Source: Camelus ferus (Eukaryota). Taken from it: 64,000 nt of DNA. How positions within the stretch are numbered: position 1 is the stretch's first letter; each line of letters starts with the position of its first letter. The notes under the pieces were generated by a model. It was not told the DNA's origin. It saw nothing but the letters and a program-made list of their open reading frames with translations, and ran no database searches. Position numbers and translations under genes: made by a program. This document shows positions 36,241 to 47,217 of the stretch, piece by piece. The stretch lies in assembly GCF_009834535.1 (NCBI RefSeq), contig NC_045697.1, positions 108,874,001 through 108,938,000 of the forward strand, given 5' to 3'.

Positions 36241-36829
36241 TTATCTGGTATTTTGAGCTTTTATATAATGAGAAGCAGACCCTGCCTTTCCCCAGCCTTA
36301 TGGAGAGGTTTTCCCCAACACTGGCAGGGGCTGTGGCTGGGCAGCCAAAAGAAAAGAGAAATGCACAATACTTGGCTAAGATCTGACTTGGCAAGCCAGC
36401 CATTGCCTCTGTTGCTGTTTTAAAAGATCCAGGATGAAGGACACTGGATCTGTGGGACAGAGGGATTTCTTTAATGCTCTGCCATTTTCAGATACTCTCT
36501 TAGAGGCAAGTGCATATGATTTTTCAGACTGGATCAAACAGGGAATATATATCTATAAATGGCACTTAGGATTCTGCAGTATTTTATAGTGAGAAGGTAT
36601 TGGCTAATTTATTTTTGTCATGGAGACATATTTGAGAAAATGACAAACTGTATTTGCTACTGGGTTGTAGGGCTGCAAGTCAGTCCCTCCTTGTGGGCGG
36701 GCACTGTGATCAGGGCCATATGCCTACCCACCAGCAGACTGGTATGGTCTCCCTGTGGGTGGATTTTGGGCTTTCAGGAAAAATAGATCTCTGCCGTTAA
36801 AGATGGTAGAATGGAATTTTACCCTAAAA

Positions 36830-37870
36830 AAAATTAATAGTTTATTGAGGTTAATTTTACATAGGATACAGTGCATCCATTTTAAATGTACAGCCCAGTG
36901 AGTTTTGACAAACATATAAACTTGGGAAACCACGTTCACAATCAAGATACAGGTAAAGTTTCTTATGTCCCTTTGCAGTCAGTCCTCCCCTCTCCACCCC
37001 TCTCCCCAGGCAACAGCTGATCTCTCATGATGGATTAGTTTTATGTGTTCTAGAGTTCTGTATAAATGAAATTGTATGATATGTATTCTTTTTGTGTCTG
37101 GCTTTTTGGCTCAGCCATGACTCCTTGTATTTTCCTGTCTCTCCAGTTTTGGGAGTAGCAGGGTGCCTTATGTCCTCCCCTCTCTTATGAATCCAGGAAT
37201 AGTTGTTGATTTTTCAGTCTGTTCAGTTTTTTACTTGTTATTAGAATGGAACAGTGAATCCCAAGTGCCTTATATGCAGAAGCAGAAACCAAAAGTCCTG
37301 CCCTGAAGATCGTGACTCAGTACTTCCCCCTCAGCCCCCAAAAGGAACCACTGTTGTGCCTACAGTCATTGCACTTCAATGGTTTTCTTTTTGAATTGAA
37401 TCATATAGTGTGTATTCTTTGGGACTGGCTTCATTTGTTCAACACTGTGAGATTTTTTTGTTTTATATAGCAGTAGTTTTATTTTATTGCTACTTGGTGT
37501 TCCCTTGTATGACTATACTAAAGTTTCTATCTTTTCTATTGTTGATGGACATTTGGGTTGTTTCAAGTTTTTAGCTATTATGGACAAAACTGCTGTGAAT
37601 ATTCTTGTATTTATTTTATGATGGACATGTGCACTATATTTCTTAAGTATATTTCCTAGGAGTGGAATTGCTGGGTCATAGGATAAGCATATGTTTAACT
37701 CTAAGAGTATTGCCAAATAGTTTTCCATAGTGATTTTATCATTTACCAGTAACGTATGAGTGTCTACATACTTGCTGACACTTGATTTTGTCAGTCTTTC
37801 TAATTTTGGTCATTCTAATGGGTGTATAATAACAGTATCTGATTTGTGGTTTTAAGCTGCATGACAATTG
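36830..37870 (-). mobile_element. Old L1M 3'-end fragments
   Basis: tttattgaggttaatttaca end and gatggacatttgggttgtttc...ggagtggaattgctgggtcata. Confidence 0.7.
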
Positions 37871-37948
37871 AACTGAATGATTTATAGACCCTTCTCAATA
37901 CCAGAGTTTTATATTTGTTTGTTTAAAGGGTCTAGGACATGCATATAG

Positions 37949-38125
37949 CAGTGGTTCTCAATTGGCTGCACATTGGTTAGCTTTAGAAACTTTTTAAAAC
38001 TTACTGGACATTCATATGGGAACTTACTGGAGCCCGTCATTAAGTCATTGATCTTTGTCAGGTGTGGTATTCTTTTAAATGTTCCCTAGATAGTTCTAAG
38101 ATGCAGAGAAGGTTGAAAATCATTG
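37949..38125. mobile_element. MER5-type hAT-Charlie MITE
   Basis: TIRs cagtggttctcaa ... ttgaaaatcattg. Confidence 0.65.
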
Positions 38126-38835
38126 GCATTTGTGAATGAAACATTCCATGCCTCTCAGGGCTTTGCTGTATCCTTTAGGAATGAAGCACCAACTATAAAA
38201 TCTTTATTAGGTATATGCCATGTTAATTTATCTCTGATTGACCCATTAAAAGGATTCAGGAAGCTAGTATCCAACTCTCACCTTTTTCATTATAGAATAT
38301 ATTAACTCTTGAGGTCAGTTCCAGGCTCATTTTTGTTTGTTCTCTTCACATTACAAGACTAATTCTTCTTGTAAAATGCGTGCTAGTGTATATGAATCAA
38401 GAAAATCACGTACTATAAAATAAATACACTTTTTCTGTTAGCACAGAAAACAGTGTGGCAGTCCTGTACAGTGTTTGCTCAGCTTTGATCTTTGCCTTAC
38501 ACATGACTGAATTTAGAATGTGTTTGGAATTAACAAGGAACAAACAAAAAGGGACAAGATTTAGTTGTTGCTTTGTGAAATAAAAAGTAAGTAAAATGTG
38601 TTCACTTTTTTTGTTCATGAGTATAGTAGCAAATCTGGCCTCCTATTGATACATAGTTCTGCCGTATGAGGATGATTTTAGATCATCCCCAAACAAGTAA
38701 CATCGTCGTCTGAAATGTGATATCCATATCCTGGATTTTTAAAGATTCTTTTAAGTTTAGATCTCAGCATTGTTTCCAGAGATTCAACTATATAATGTGG
38801 GTACCCAGTACTTATTTTCTGACATGAAAATAATT

Positions 38836-39263
38836 CAGTGCTAGCTGGAGCTGGCTCATACTGACCTGCAAGAGCTGTTTGTTAAATTTGCAAGAACTTT
38901 ATAAGCCAGATGTTAAACACAGACATTGTTTTACAATTAAACTGTATAAAGTATAATTAAATACGTATATTTAAAACAAAGATGATAAATACTTAAACTT
39001 GTCAGTTTCTAAATATTTTACTATATTTCACTATTATCTGTCCTCTTGTGTCTATGGTATTTCTCTGGTGGAAATACTGAGTAGTGATTTGGCACTATTG
39101 TCATCTCTTCCCACCTCTTGAATTCAGTGAGGTTGTGTTGGCAGCTTGAAGTTGGCCATAGTGAACCAATGACACCATGGAAATGGGCAAAGTAGGGCTT
39201 ATCATTATTATTATTATTTCAACTTGGTGAACCCGTTGTTAAACATTTACTGGCACATCACTG
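38836..39263. mobile_element. MER63-type hAT-Blackjack element
   Basis: cagtgctagctggagctggctc ... gttgttaaacatttactggcacatcactg termini. Confidence 0.7.
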
Positions 39264-39712
39264 AAAGCATCGTTCTTTTATTCAGTGAATGTGTGCTGGG
39301 TACTCTTTATAAGTGCTTTGAACATATCTTCCCTCAAATATTAATCTGAGATGTGTATATTTCTTAATTTTATAGATGAGAAAAATAAGAAATAAAGATC
39401 ACAAAGCAGCTACTGTATTGCAGGGCTTGGATTTTTTGTTTCTCGTATTTCAAACTCTAATTATATCACGCAGTCTCTCAGAGGCTGTGAAATAAGTTTT
39501 ATAGTAGAGGTCATGTTTGAGTTGAATGCTAAATTATGGACAGAATTTTACTAAATATGAAGATGAAGGAATATTTTAAACATTGGAAACTGTTTGAGCA
39601 AGTGTTCAGGTACCAAAGTGCATTTCTCCAGAAATAACAAGTAAGTAGATGCAGTAGTAGAGGGTCTTTAGAAGGGTAAAGAGCAGTAAAGCCTGAAAAA
39701 TTGGTTGGACCC

Positions 39713-40059
39713 TATTGTGAGGTCCGTTCCAGCTGCTGTAACAAAGTACCACAAACTGGGTGGCTAATAAGCAAAGAAAAACATTTCCCAAAGTTCTGGA
39801 AGCTGGAAGTGCAAGATCAGGGTGCCAGCACGGTCAGGGTCTGCTGAAGGCCCTCTTCCCGGTTGTGCACTGTTAACTTCTTACTGTGTCCTCACTTGGT
39901 GGCAGGGGCTGGGGAGCTCTGTGGGATCTCTTTTATAAGAACATCAATCCCATCCATGAGGGCTCTCCCTCCCAAAGGCCTCCCCTCATACCATCGCACT
40001 GGGCATTAGGATTTCAACTTAGGATTTTTCAGGGGAATACAAACATTGAGACCATAGCA
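39713..40059 (-). mobile_element. MLT1A-type MaLR solo LTR
   Basis: gctgctgtaacaaagtaccacaaactgggtggct...aacattgagaccatagca; 5-bp TSD gaccc/gacct. Confidence 0.8.
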
Positions 40060-40539
40060 GACCTTAAATAACATGAATTGTGAAACTAAAGAGATTCTAT
40101 TTTTATTTCCAAAGAACATTATTATTCCCCAAAGCCTTTTTTGTAATTATTTTGAGTGTCTAATTTAAATTCAAATCCAATTTCAATTTCAGTTTAAAGC
40201 ATCGGTTCAGTACCATGAATGGTTTTTGTCCAGGGAGATGACATGGAGTTTTTTGTTTTGCACACCATTCTACCAATTTGTGTGTTGGCTATTAACTTCC
40301 ATTACTGTAATTAATTTTTAGTAAATGATGTTCCTAAAAGTAGATCTTTCTTTGTGGGTAAGGAAATTAATAGGTAATAGCTGGAATGTTTGTACTACCT
40401 ACCTTATGGCATGAAGGATTGTTAGTTTATTATTATACTTCTAATTTTCAGAACAGTTGTTTCCTCCGTAAAGTTACAAACTAAAACAACACATAGTTCC
40501 ACTGCTGTAATTTTCTCAGCTGTATATGCGTCATGAACC

Positions 40540-41265
40540 TGTTTACTCCTCACCTCCTCCAATCTACTGAATCTTTTTTGCGATATTCTCTGCCTTTTAA
40601 TATTCCACTGAATGCTTCTCTTCAGCTTTTCCTCTCTTATCGTTCATGCCATTGCATCCCTACAATGGTAACTCCTAGATTTATGTCTTCAGCTTGGAGC
40701 TCTACACCTGCATTTTTGAAATTACTAATGTACTGGTGGACATGGATACCCTACAAACATTCTCAAATTCAGAATGTCCGTGAACTTGTCCTCTGACCTT
40801 TTCCCACCAAATAAATCTCCCACTTTTCCCACTTTGGCAAGAGTCATGTTCATCTTTCTAGTTGCCCAAACACAAATTGGGCAGAAGGCAGGTAAGGGAC
40901 GTAGGTCATCAGCCTGCATGCCTCCTCAGTTTTAATCCTGCATAACCCAGTCACTGTCAAGTCTCACACTTCTACCTCCTAAATAACTCTTGAATCTAAC
41001 TTCTTCCATTTCCACAACTTTAATTTAGATCTTTATTTTTCCTTACTTGGACTGTAAAATAGCCTCCTAAATAGTTTTTCTACTTCTTGTCTTTCCTTCC
41101 TTCCCTTCAGTCTAACCTCCTACCAGACTGTTTTCTGAAAAAATTAATTGGTCAGATTCTTCGACTTCTTTCTCTCTATCCCTTTCAGGGGAAGTTCATG
41201 CTTTGGGGCTGGCATTTATAAAGCTTATTCATCATAATAATCTCCTGCATACTTTTCTAGCCTCC
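40540..41265 (+). mobile_element. L2 LINE fragment
   Basis: Diverged L2 body (ttctacctcctaaataactcttgaatct, cttggactg...tagcctcctaa). Confidence 0.55.
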
Positions 41266-41785
41266 TTGGTGTTTTTATTTTTAAAACTTTAAATTTTTAT
41301 AAAGTTTCATACAGACAACTTAATCTCTTTACCCAGATTACCAATCATTGTTCTGTCCCATTTACTTTAACATTTTCTCTCTATGTATAGTTTCTTCTTT
41401 TTTGAACCATTTGAGAGTGATTTGCAGACATCAGGTCCTTTTATACCTAAGAACAAGGACTTTGTCTTATATAACCTCAGCACATTTATCAGAATTACAA
41501 AATGTATTTAGGAAATTGGTACAATACTGTTATTTAATCCAGTTGTTCCAGTAATAACCTTTACAGCTAGTTTTTTCCTACTTTGTGATCTAGGCCATAT
41601 TGTGCATTGTGTTTAGCTGTCATTTATCTTGTCCTTTTATGCTGCAGTAATTCATCTACTTTTGTTTTTTTATGAGCTTAACCTTTTTGAAATATGCAGG
41701 CCAGTTTTTCTGCTATTTCTGTAATCTTTGGTCTTTATTATTATTTCTTCCTATAGCTTACTTTTAGTTTAATTTGCTTGTTTTC

Positions 41786-44169
41786 GACACCCGGGAGAAG
41801 ATGGCGGAGTAGAAGGACGCTCGCAGGTCACGCTCTCCCACAAATACACCAAGACCCACATCTACAGACCCACTCAGCCAACCAGAGCACCTGTGGAACT
41901 CCGACAGAACATCGCCCTCTTCAAAAGATAAAGACGCCAAAAATCTGGTAGGAGAAAAGGAAAAAGGAAAAAACAAAAGGCAAAGCAGCGCGGGACGGGT
42001 CCCGCGGGGAGGGAGCGGCAAAGGAGGACTGGCGCTCGCTCGCTGGGTCTCCCCTCTCTAACTGAGAGGCCAGCGGGATGGAGGGGGAGCCTCCGAGGCT
42101 CGGATCTGTACAGAGCAGCCCTTGACTAACAGAACTAAGTTAAATGGGCACAGAGCGTCCCCCCGACACCCAGCCTGAGACGCGGGCCGGCAGCCGCCGG
42201 CAGGGCCAGGCTGCACAAGCCGGGTGGAGGACGGAAGTGGCTGCACGGAGGCAGCCCCGGGGGAATGCAAGGGGCTGTGTGCCATGGCTGTGGGTGCACA
42301 GGGCAGAACAACCTGGGCCCTCCATAAAACAGCAAGGTTGATGTGCTCTCGGGGGAAGGGTGCACACCCCCATCTCTGAAAACCCGCGGAAAGTTTTCGG
42401 GGGAAGAGAGGCGGGGCTCAGGCACAGCCGCCATATCCTCCTCGCTGAGCACTCAGGCGGGGGCGGGGGCGAAACCTGCATCCACACCGAAGGGCTTAGC
42501 ATCCTCAAAGGCCAGACTGAGACTGGCCTGCAGCCCGGGGCAGATAGGATCCTTCCATCCTGGTCCCTCAGAGAACTTGCTCCACAAAGACAAACAAGGA
42601 GCTGGGTTTTGGCTCGGAGCAGGGACAGGGCTGTCCCTCGGTCTTCCCCGAGCCCACCCGCGGAGCGCCGACCAGGGCGGAGCACCGACCAGGGCGGAGC
42701 ATGCAGCCGCACAGAGCAGCGGAGCTACAGGCGGCGGCGCAGGTAGAGTGAGAGCAGCACCCCGCCTTTCGGGCAGGAACACAGCCCCTGACCGAGGTGC
42801 TGGGAGGGGGCACGACCCGCCCTCCTACCCGGCCAGTCTGCAACATCTGACTGCGGCATCCGGAGGGGCAGCGACCCGCCCGCCCACAGCAGAGAGCTGC
42901 ACTTGACCCAGTGTTAGGAGGAGGCGCGATCTGCTTGCCGACAGGTGCTGGGAGCAGCACAGAAGAGGGCGCCAACCGAGGGCCTCTGAAAACAGCAAGC
43001 TGAGCTTCCAAAACAGGACGAAGACAGAAAGACTTCACATTAAAAGCACACAGACTCCAGGAGAACACCAACAACCCCCCCCCCTTTTTTTAAATCTGTT
43101 TTTACCTGTTCTATTTTCTATTACTCTCTTAATCTTTACTTCTTAATTCATTTCTATTTCTCTTGGGTTTTGATGTCCTGCTATTGATTAGACACAGGTT
43201 TCAAATACATCTATTCATCTCCCCCCCCCTTTTTTGTAAAGGTTTCAAAAGGACGTCTCAACCCGATTAATATTCTGCTTCAACTCACTCTTTTATTATT
43301 CATTATACACTGTTTTCAAACCCTCTTTCTCCCTTCTTTTAAAATTCTTTCTCTCTCTCTCTTATTTTTTTTCTTTTTTTTTCCTAAGTTCTATTCCTAA
43401 ATAGGCATCAGATAGATAAAATCCTTAAGGACCAAAATAAACAACTGATACTCCATAAACCACAGTGCCAAAGAGGTATGAGCAAGATGAAGAAGCATAA
43501 AAACCTTTCCCAATTAAAAGAACAAGAGAAATCCCCTGAAAGAAAGATCAACGAAATAGACATCGATAGCCTACTAGACCAAGATTTCAAAAAAGGAGTG
43601 ATCGAATTGCTGAAGGAATTAAAAGAGATAGTGTTTAGAGATATAAAATATGTCAAAAATGAAATTGAAGCTATAAAGAAGAGCCAAGTAGAATGGGTAA
43701 ACTCATTGACAGAGATGAGGAATGATCTAATAGCTGTGCAAAGCCGACTAGATAATGCAGAGGAACGAATTAGTGATCTAGAAGACAGGGCAATAGAAAG
43801 CACCCATTCAGAAGAACTACAAGAGAAGCAAATAAAAAATAATGAAAATAGCATAAGGGATCTATGGGATAATATAAAGCGTCCCAATCTTCGCATAATA
43901 GGGGTCCCAGAAGGAGAAGAAAGATCAAAGGGGATTGAAAAGGTTTTTGAAGAAATCATGACTGAAAACTTCCCAAACTTAAAGAAGGAATCAGATATCC
44001 AAGTACAGGAAGCTCAGAGGGTCCCAAACAGGAAGAACCCAAATAGACCCACACCAAGACATATCATAATCAAGATGGCCAGAGTCAAGGATAAAGAAAT
44101 GATTCTAAAGGCAGCAAGAGAAAAGCAAAGAGTAAGTTACAAGGGAACCCCCATAAGGCTCTCAGCTGA
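41786..44169 (+). mobile_element. Young L1: complete CpG-rich 5'UTR + 3'-truncated ORF1, no poly(A), 17-bp TSD
   Basis: Starts near the YY1 motif AAGATGGCGG (41798-41807). TSD ttaatttgcttgttttc at 41769-41785 and 44170-44186. Confidence 0.92.
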
Positions 44170-44173
44170 TTAA
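43478..44173 (+). CDS. L1 ORF1p, C-terminally truncated (231 aa: coiled coil + RRM region)
   Basis: Open ORF with RLDNAEERISDLEDR, LWDNIKRPNLRIIGVPEGEE and TPRHIIIKM motifs; the stop TAA is supplied by the TSD. Confidence 0.85.
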   Translation: MSKMKKHKNLSQLKEQEKSPERKINEIDIDSLLDQDFKKGVIELLKELKEIVFRDIKYVKNEIEAIKKSQVEWVNSLTEMRNDLIAVQSRLDNAEERISDLEDRAIESTHSEELQEKQIKNNENSIRDLWDNIKRPNLRIIGVPEGEERSKGIEKVFEEIMTENFPNLKKESDIQVQEAQRVPNRKNPNRPTPRHIIIKMARVKDKEMILKAAREKQRVSYKGTPIRLSAD

Positions 44174-44230
44174 TTTGCTTGTTTTCTGTTTTCTTAGGGT
44201 GCAATCTTAGATTGTCGGTTTAAGATCTTT

Positions 44231-47217
44231 TTTTTTTTTTTACTTTTTTTATTGAGTAATAGTCGTTTTACAATGTTGTGTCAAATTCTAATGTAGAGCA
44301 CAATTTTTCAGTTATACATGAACATATATATATTCATTGTCACATTTTTTTTTTCGCTATGAGCTACCACAAGATCTTGTATATATTTCCCTGTGCTCTA
44401 CAGTATAATCTTGTTTATCTATTCTGCATTTTAAAATCCCAGTCTGTCCCTTCCCACCCCCTGCCCGCTTGGCAACCACAAGTTTGTATTCTATGTCTAT
44501 GAGTCTGTTTCTGTTTTGTATTTGTTTTTTTGTTTGTTTTTTTGGTTTTTTTTTCTAGATGCCTCATATAAGCAATCTCATATGGTATTTTTCTTTCTCT
44601 TTCTGGCTTACTTCACTTAGAATGACATTCTGCAGGAACATTCATGTTGCGGCAAATGGTGTTATGTTGTCGGTTTTTGTGGTTGAATAGTATTCCATCG
44701 TATAAATATACCACAGCTTCTTTATTCAGTCATCTGTTGATGGACATATAGGCTGTTTCCATGTCTTGAATATTGTAAATAGTGCTGCTGTGAACATTGG
44801 GGTGCAGGTGTCTTTTTGCAGTAGGGTTCCTTCTGGATATATGCCCAGGAGTGGGATTCCTGGGTCATATGGTAAGTCTATTCCTAGTCTTTTGAGGAAT
44901 CTCCATACTGTTTTCAACAGTGGCTTTCCTTGCTTCCCTCTCCCACTCTTAATGATTTAGATGTCTTCTTTTACAATTTTGTCTTTATTCTTTTTGTAAT
45001 TCATGGCAGTTATCTCCTTTCCAGTTATGAGTTTCTCATTTTTGTAGCATCCTGCTTCTTTTCTACTTAGAGTAGACCTGTCAATATTTCTTTTAGCATG
45101 GGTTTAGTGTTGCTAAACTCTTTTAGTTTTTGCTTGTCTGTGAAGTTTTTTTTATCTCTCCTTCTATTCTAAAGGATAGCCTTGCTGGATAGAGTATCCT
45201 AGGCTGCATCTTTTTTTCATTCAGGACTTTGAATATATCTTGCCACTCCCTTCTGGCCTGTAGTGTTTGTGTAGAAAAATCAGCTGAAAACCTTATTGGG
45301 GTTCCCTTGTAACTCATTCTTTGCTTTTCTCTTGCTGCCTTTGGAATCATTTCTTTATCCTTGACTCTGGCCATCTTGATTATGATATGTCTTAGTGTGG
45401 GTGTATTTGAGTTCTTCCTGTTTGGGATCCTCTGAGCCTCCTGTAGTGGATTTCTGATTCCTTTAGGTTTGGGAAGTTTTCATTCATGATTTCTTCCAAT
45501 ACCTTTTCAATCCCCTTTGTTCTTTCTTCCCTTTCTGGAACCCCTATTATGCATAGATTGGCACGCTTTATATTATCCCATAGGTCCCTTATATTGTTTT
45601 CATTGTTTTTCATTTGTTTTTCTCTCAGCTGTTCTGATTAGGTGCTTTCTGTTGTCCTGTCTTCTAGGTCACTTATTCGTTCCTCTGCATTATCTAGTCT
45701 GCTTTGTATAGCTTTTAGGTCAGCTCTCATCTCAGCAAATGAGTTTACTAATTCTACTTGGTTCTTCTTTATAGCTTCTGTTTCATTTTTGACATATTTT
45801 ATATCTCAAAACTCTTTTAGTTCCTTCAGTACTTTGATTACTCCTTTTTTGAAATCTTGATCTAGTAGGCCATCAATGTCTATTTCCTTGATTGTGCTGT
45901 TAGGGGATTTCTCTTGATCTTTTAATTGGGAGTGGTTCCTCTGCTTCTTATTGCTCATATCTCTCTGGCACTACGACTTAAGGAGTATCAGTTATCTAGT
46001 TCTGGAGACGGTGTGCTCTTAATGATTTTTTCAAGAGGTCTTTGTGTCTTCACCCTGTTTTGTGAACTCAGCTTGCTGTTTCCAGAGGCCCTCTGTTGGC
46101 GCCCTCGTCTGTGCTGCTCCCAGTGGCTGTCGGCTAGCAGATCGTGCCCCCTCCCAACACTGGGTCAGGTGCTGAGCTCTTACCTGGTGGGCGGGTGGGT
46201 CACTCCCCCTCCCGATGCTGCAGTCAGATGCTAAGCTCTGGCGAGGCAGGTGGGCAGATCGCGTCCCCTCCCAGCATCGTGGTCAGGTGCTATGTTCCTC
46301 GGGGTCGGTGCTCTGAGGAGGCCTCGGGGAAGACCGCGAAACAGCCCTGCTCCTGCTCCTTACCGAATCTCAGCACCTTGTTTGTCTTGGTGGTGTGAGT
46401 TCTCTGAGGTGCCAGCGCAGAAAGATCCTATCTGCCTCAGGCTGTAAACAAGTCTCAGTCTGCCTAGGAGGTTGTGGAGCCCCTGGGTGTGGATTCAGGT
46501 CTTGGCCCCTCCCCTGCCTGGGCACTGCGCATAGGAGGAGATGGCGGCTGTGGCTGCGCCCCACCTCTCTTCTCTCAAGAAGCGCCAGTCATGGCGGCGC
46601 AGGTCTGAGGAGACAAAGGCTATGGCGCCCCTTCCCCCAGGGCACAGCAGCCATGTTGCTTTGCTTTTTTCGCAGTTTATAGGGGACCGAGGTGGTTCTG
46701 CTCCATATCCCCTCCCAGCCATGGTGCGCAGCACCCTGCAGTTGCCCAGGGCTGCCTCAGTGCAGCTGCCCCAGTCCTCTGCCCAACTTGGGCAGCCTGT
46801 CCTGGCCCCCAGCTGCCAGCTCACATCTTGGGCTGGGTGTTGTGGGGACCCTTTGTGCCCATTTAACTCAGTTCTGTCGGTCAAGGGGTGCTCGAGGCAG
46901 ATCTGAGCCTCGAAGCCTCCCCCTCTGTCCCGCTGGCCTCTCATTGGAGAGGGGAGACCCAGTGAACGCGCGCCAGTCCTCCTTTGCCGCTCCCTCCCTG
47001 CAGGATTGGTCCTGCACTGTTTTGCTTTTTCTTCTCTCTTTTTTCCTTTTCTCCTACCAGATTTTTGGCATCTTTGTGTTTTGAAGAGGGCGATGTTCTG
47101 TTGGAGTTTGGCAGGTGCTCTTGGTTGGCTGAGTATGTCCATAGATGTGAGTTTTGGTGTGTATTTGTGGGAGAGGGTGAGCTACAAGCATCCTTCTACT
47201 CCGCCATTTTGCTTCTC
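44231..47217 (-). mobile_element. Internally deleted, half-L1 (HAL1)-like element: 5'UTR + decayed ORF1 (45958-45025) + ORF2 extreme C-terminus + 3'UTR + poly(A)
   Basis: Poly(T) at ~44228-44250; 5' end with AAAATGGCGG (47210-47201); TSD taagatcttt at 44221-44230 and 47218-47227; deletion junction at ~44925. Confidence 0.88.

Noticed and set aside
41764..43074. Long sense and antisense ORFs in the L1 5'UTR (ORF0-like?)
   Set aside because: GC-rich repeat sequence; the frames are not evidently preserved in the sister copy.
43408..43959. 183-aa minus-strand ORF
   Set aside because: Antisense shadow of L1 ORF1.
46495..47142. 215-aa ORF in the second L1 5'UTR
   Set aside because: Its ATG is absent from the sister element and there is no protein-like signature.
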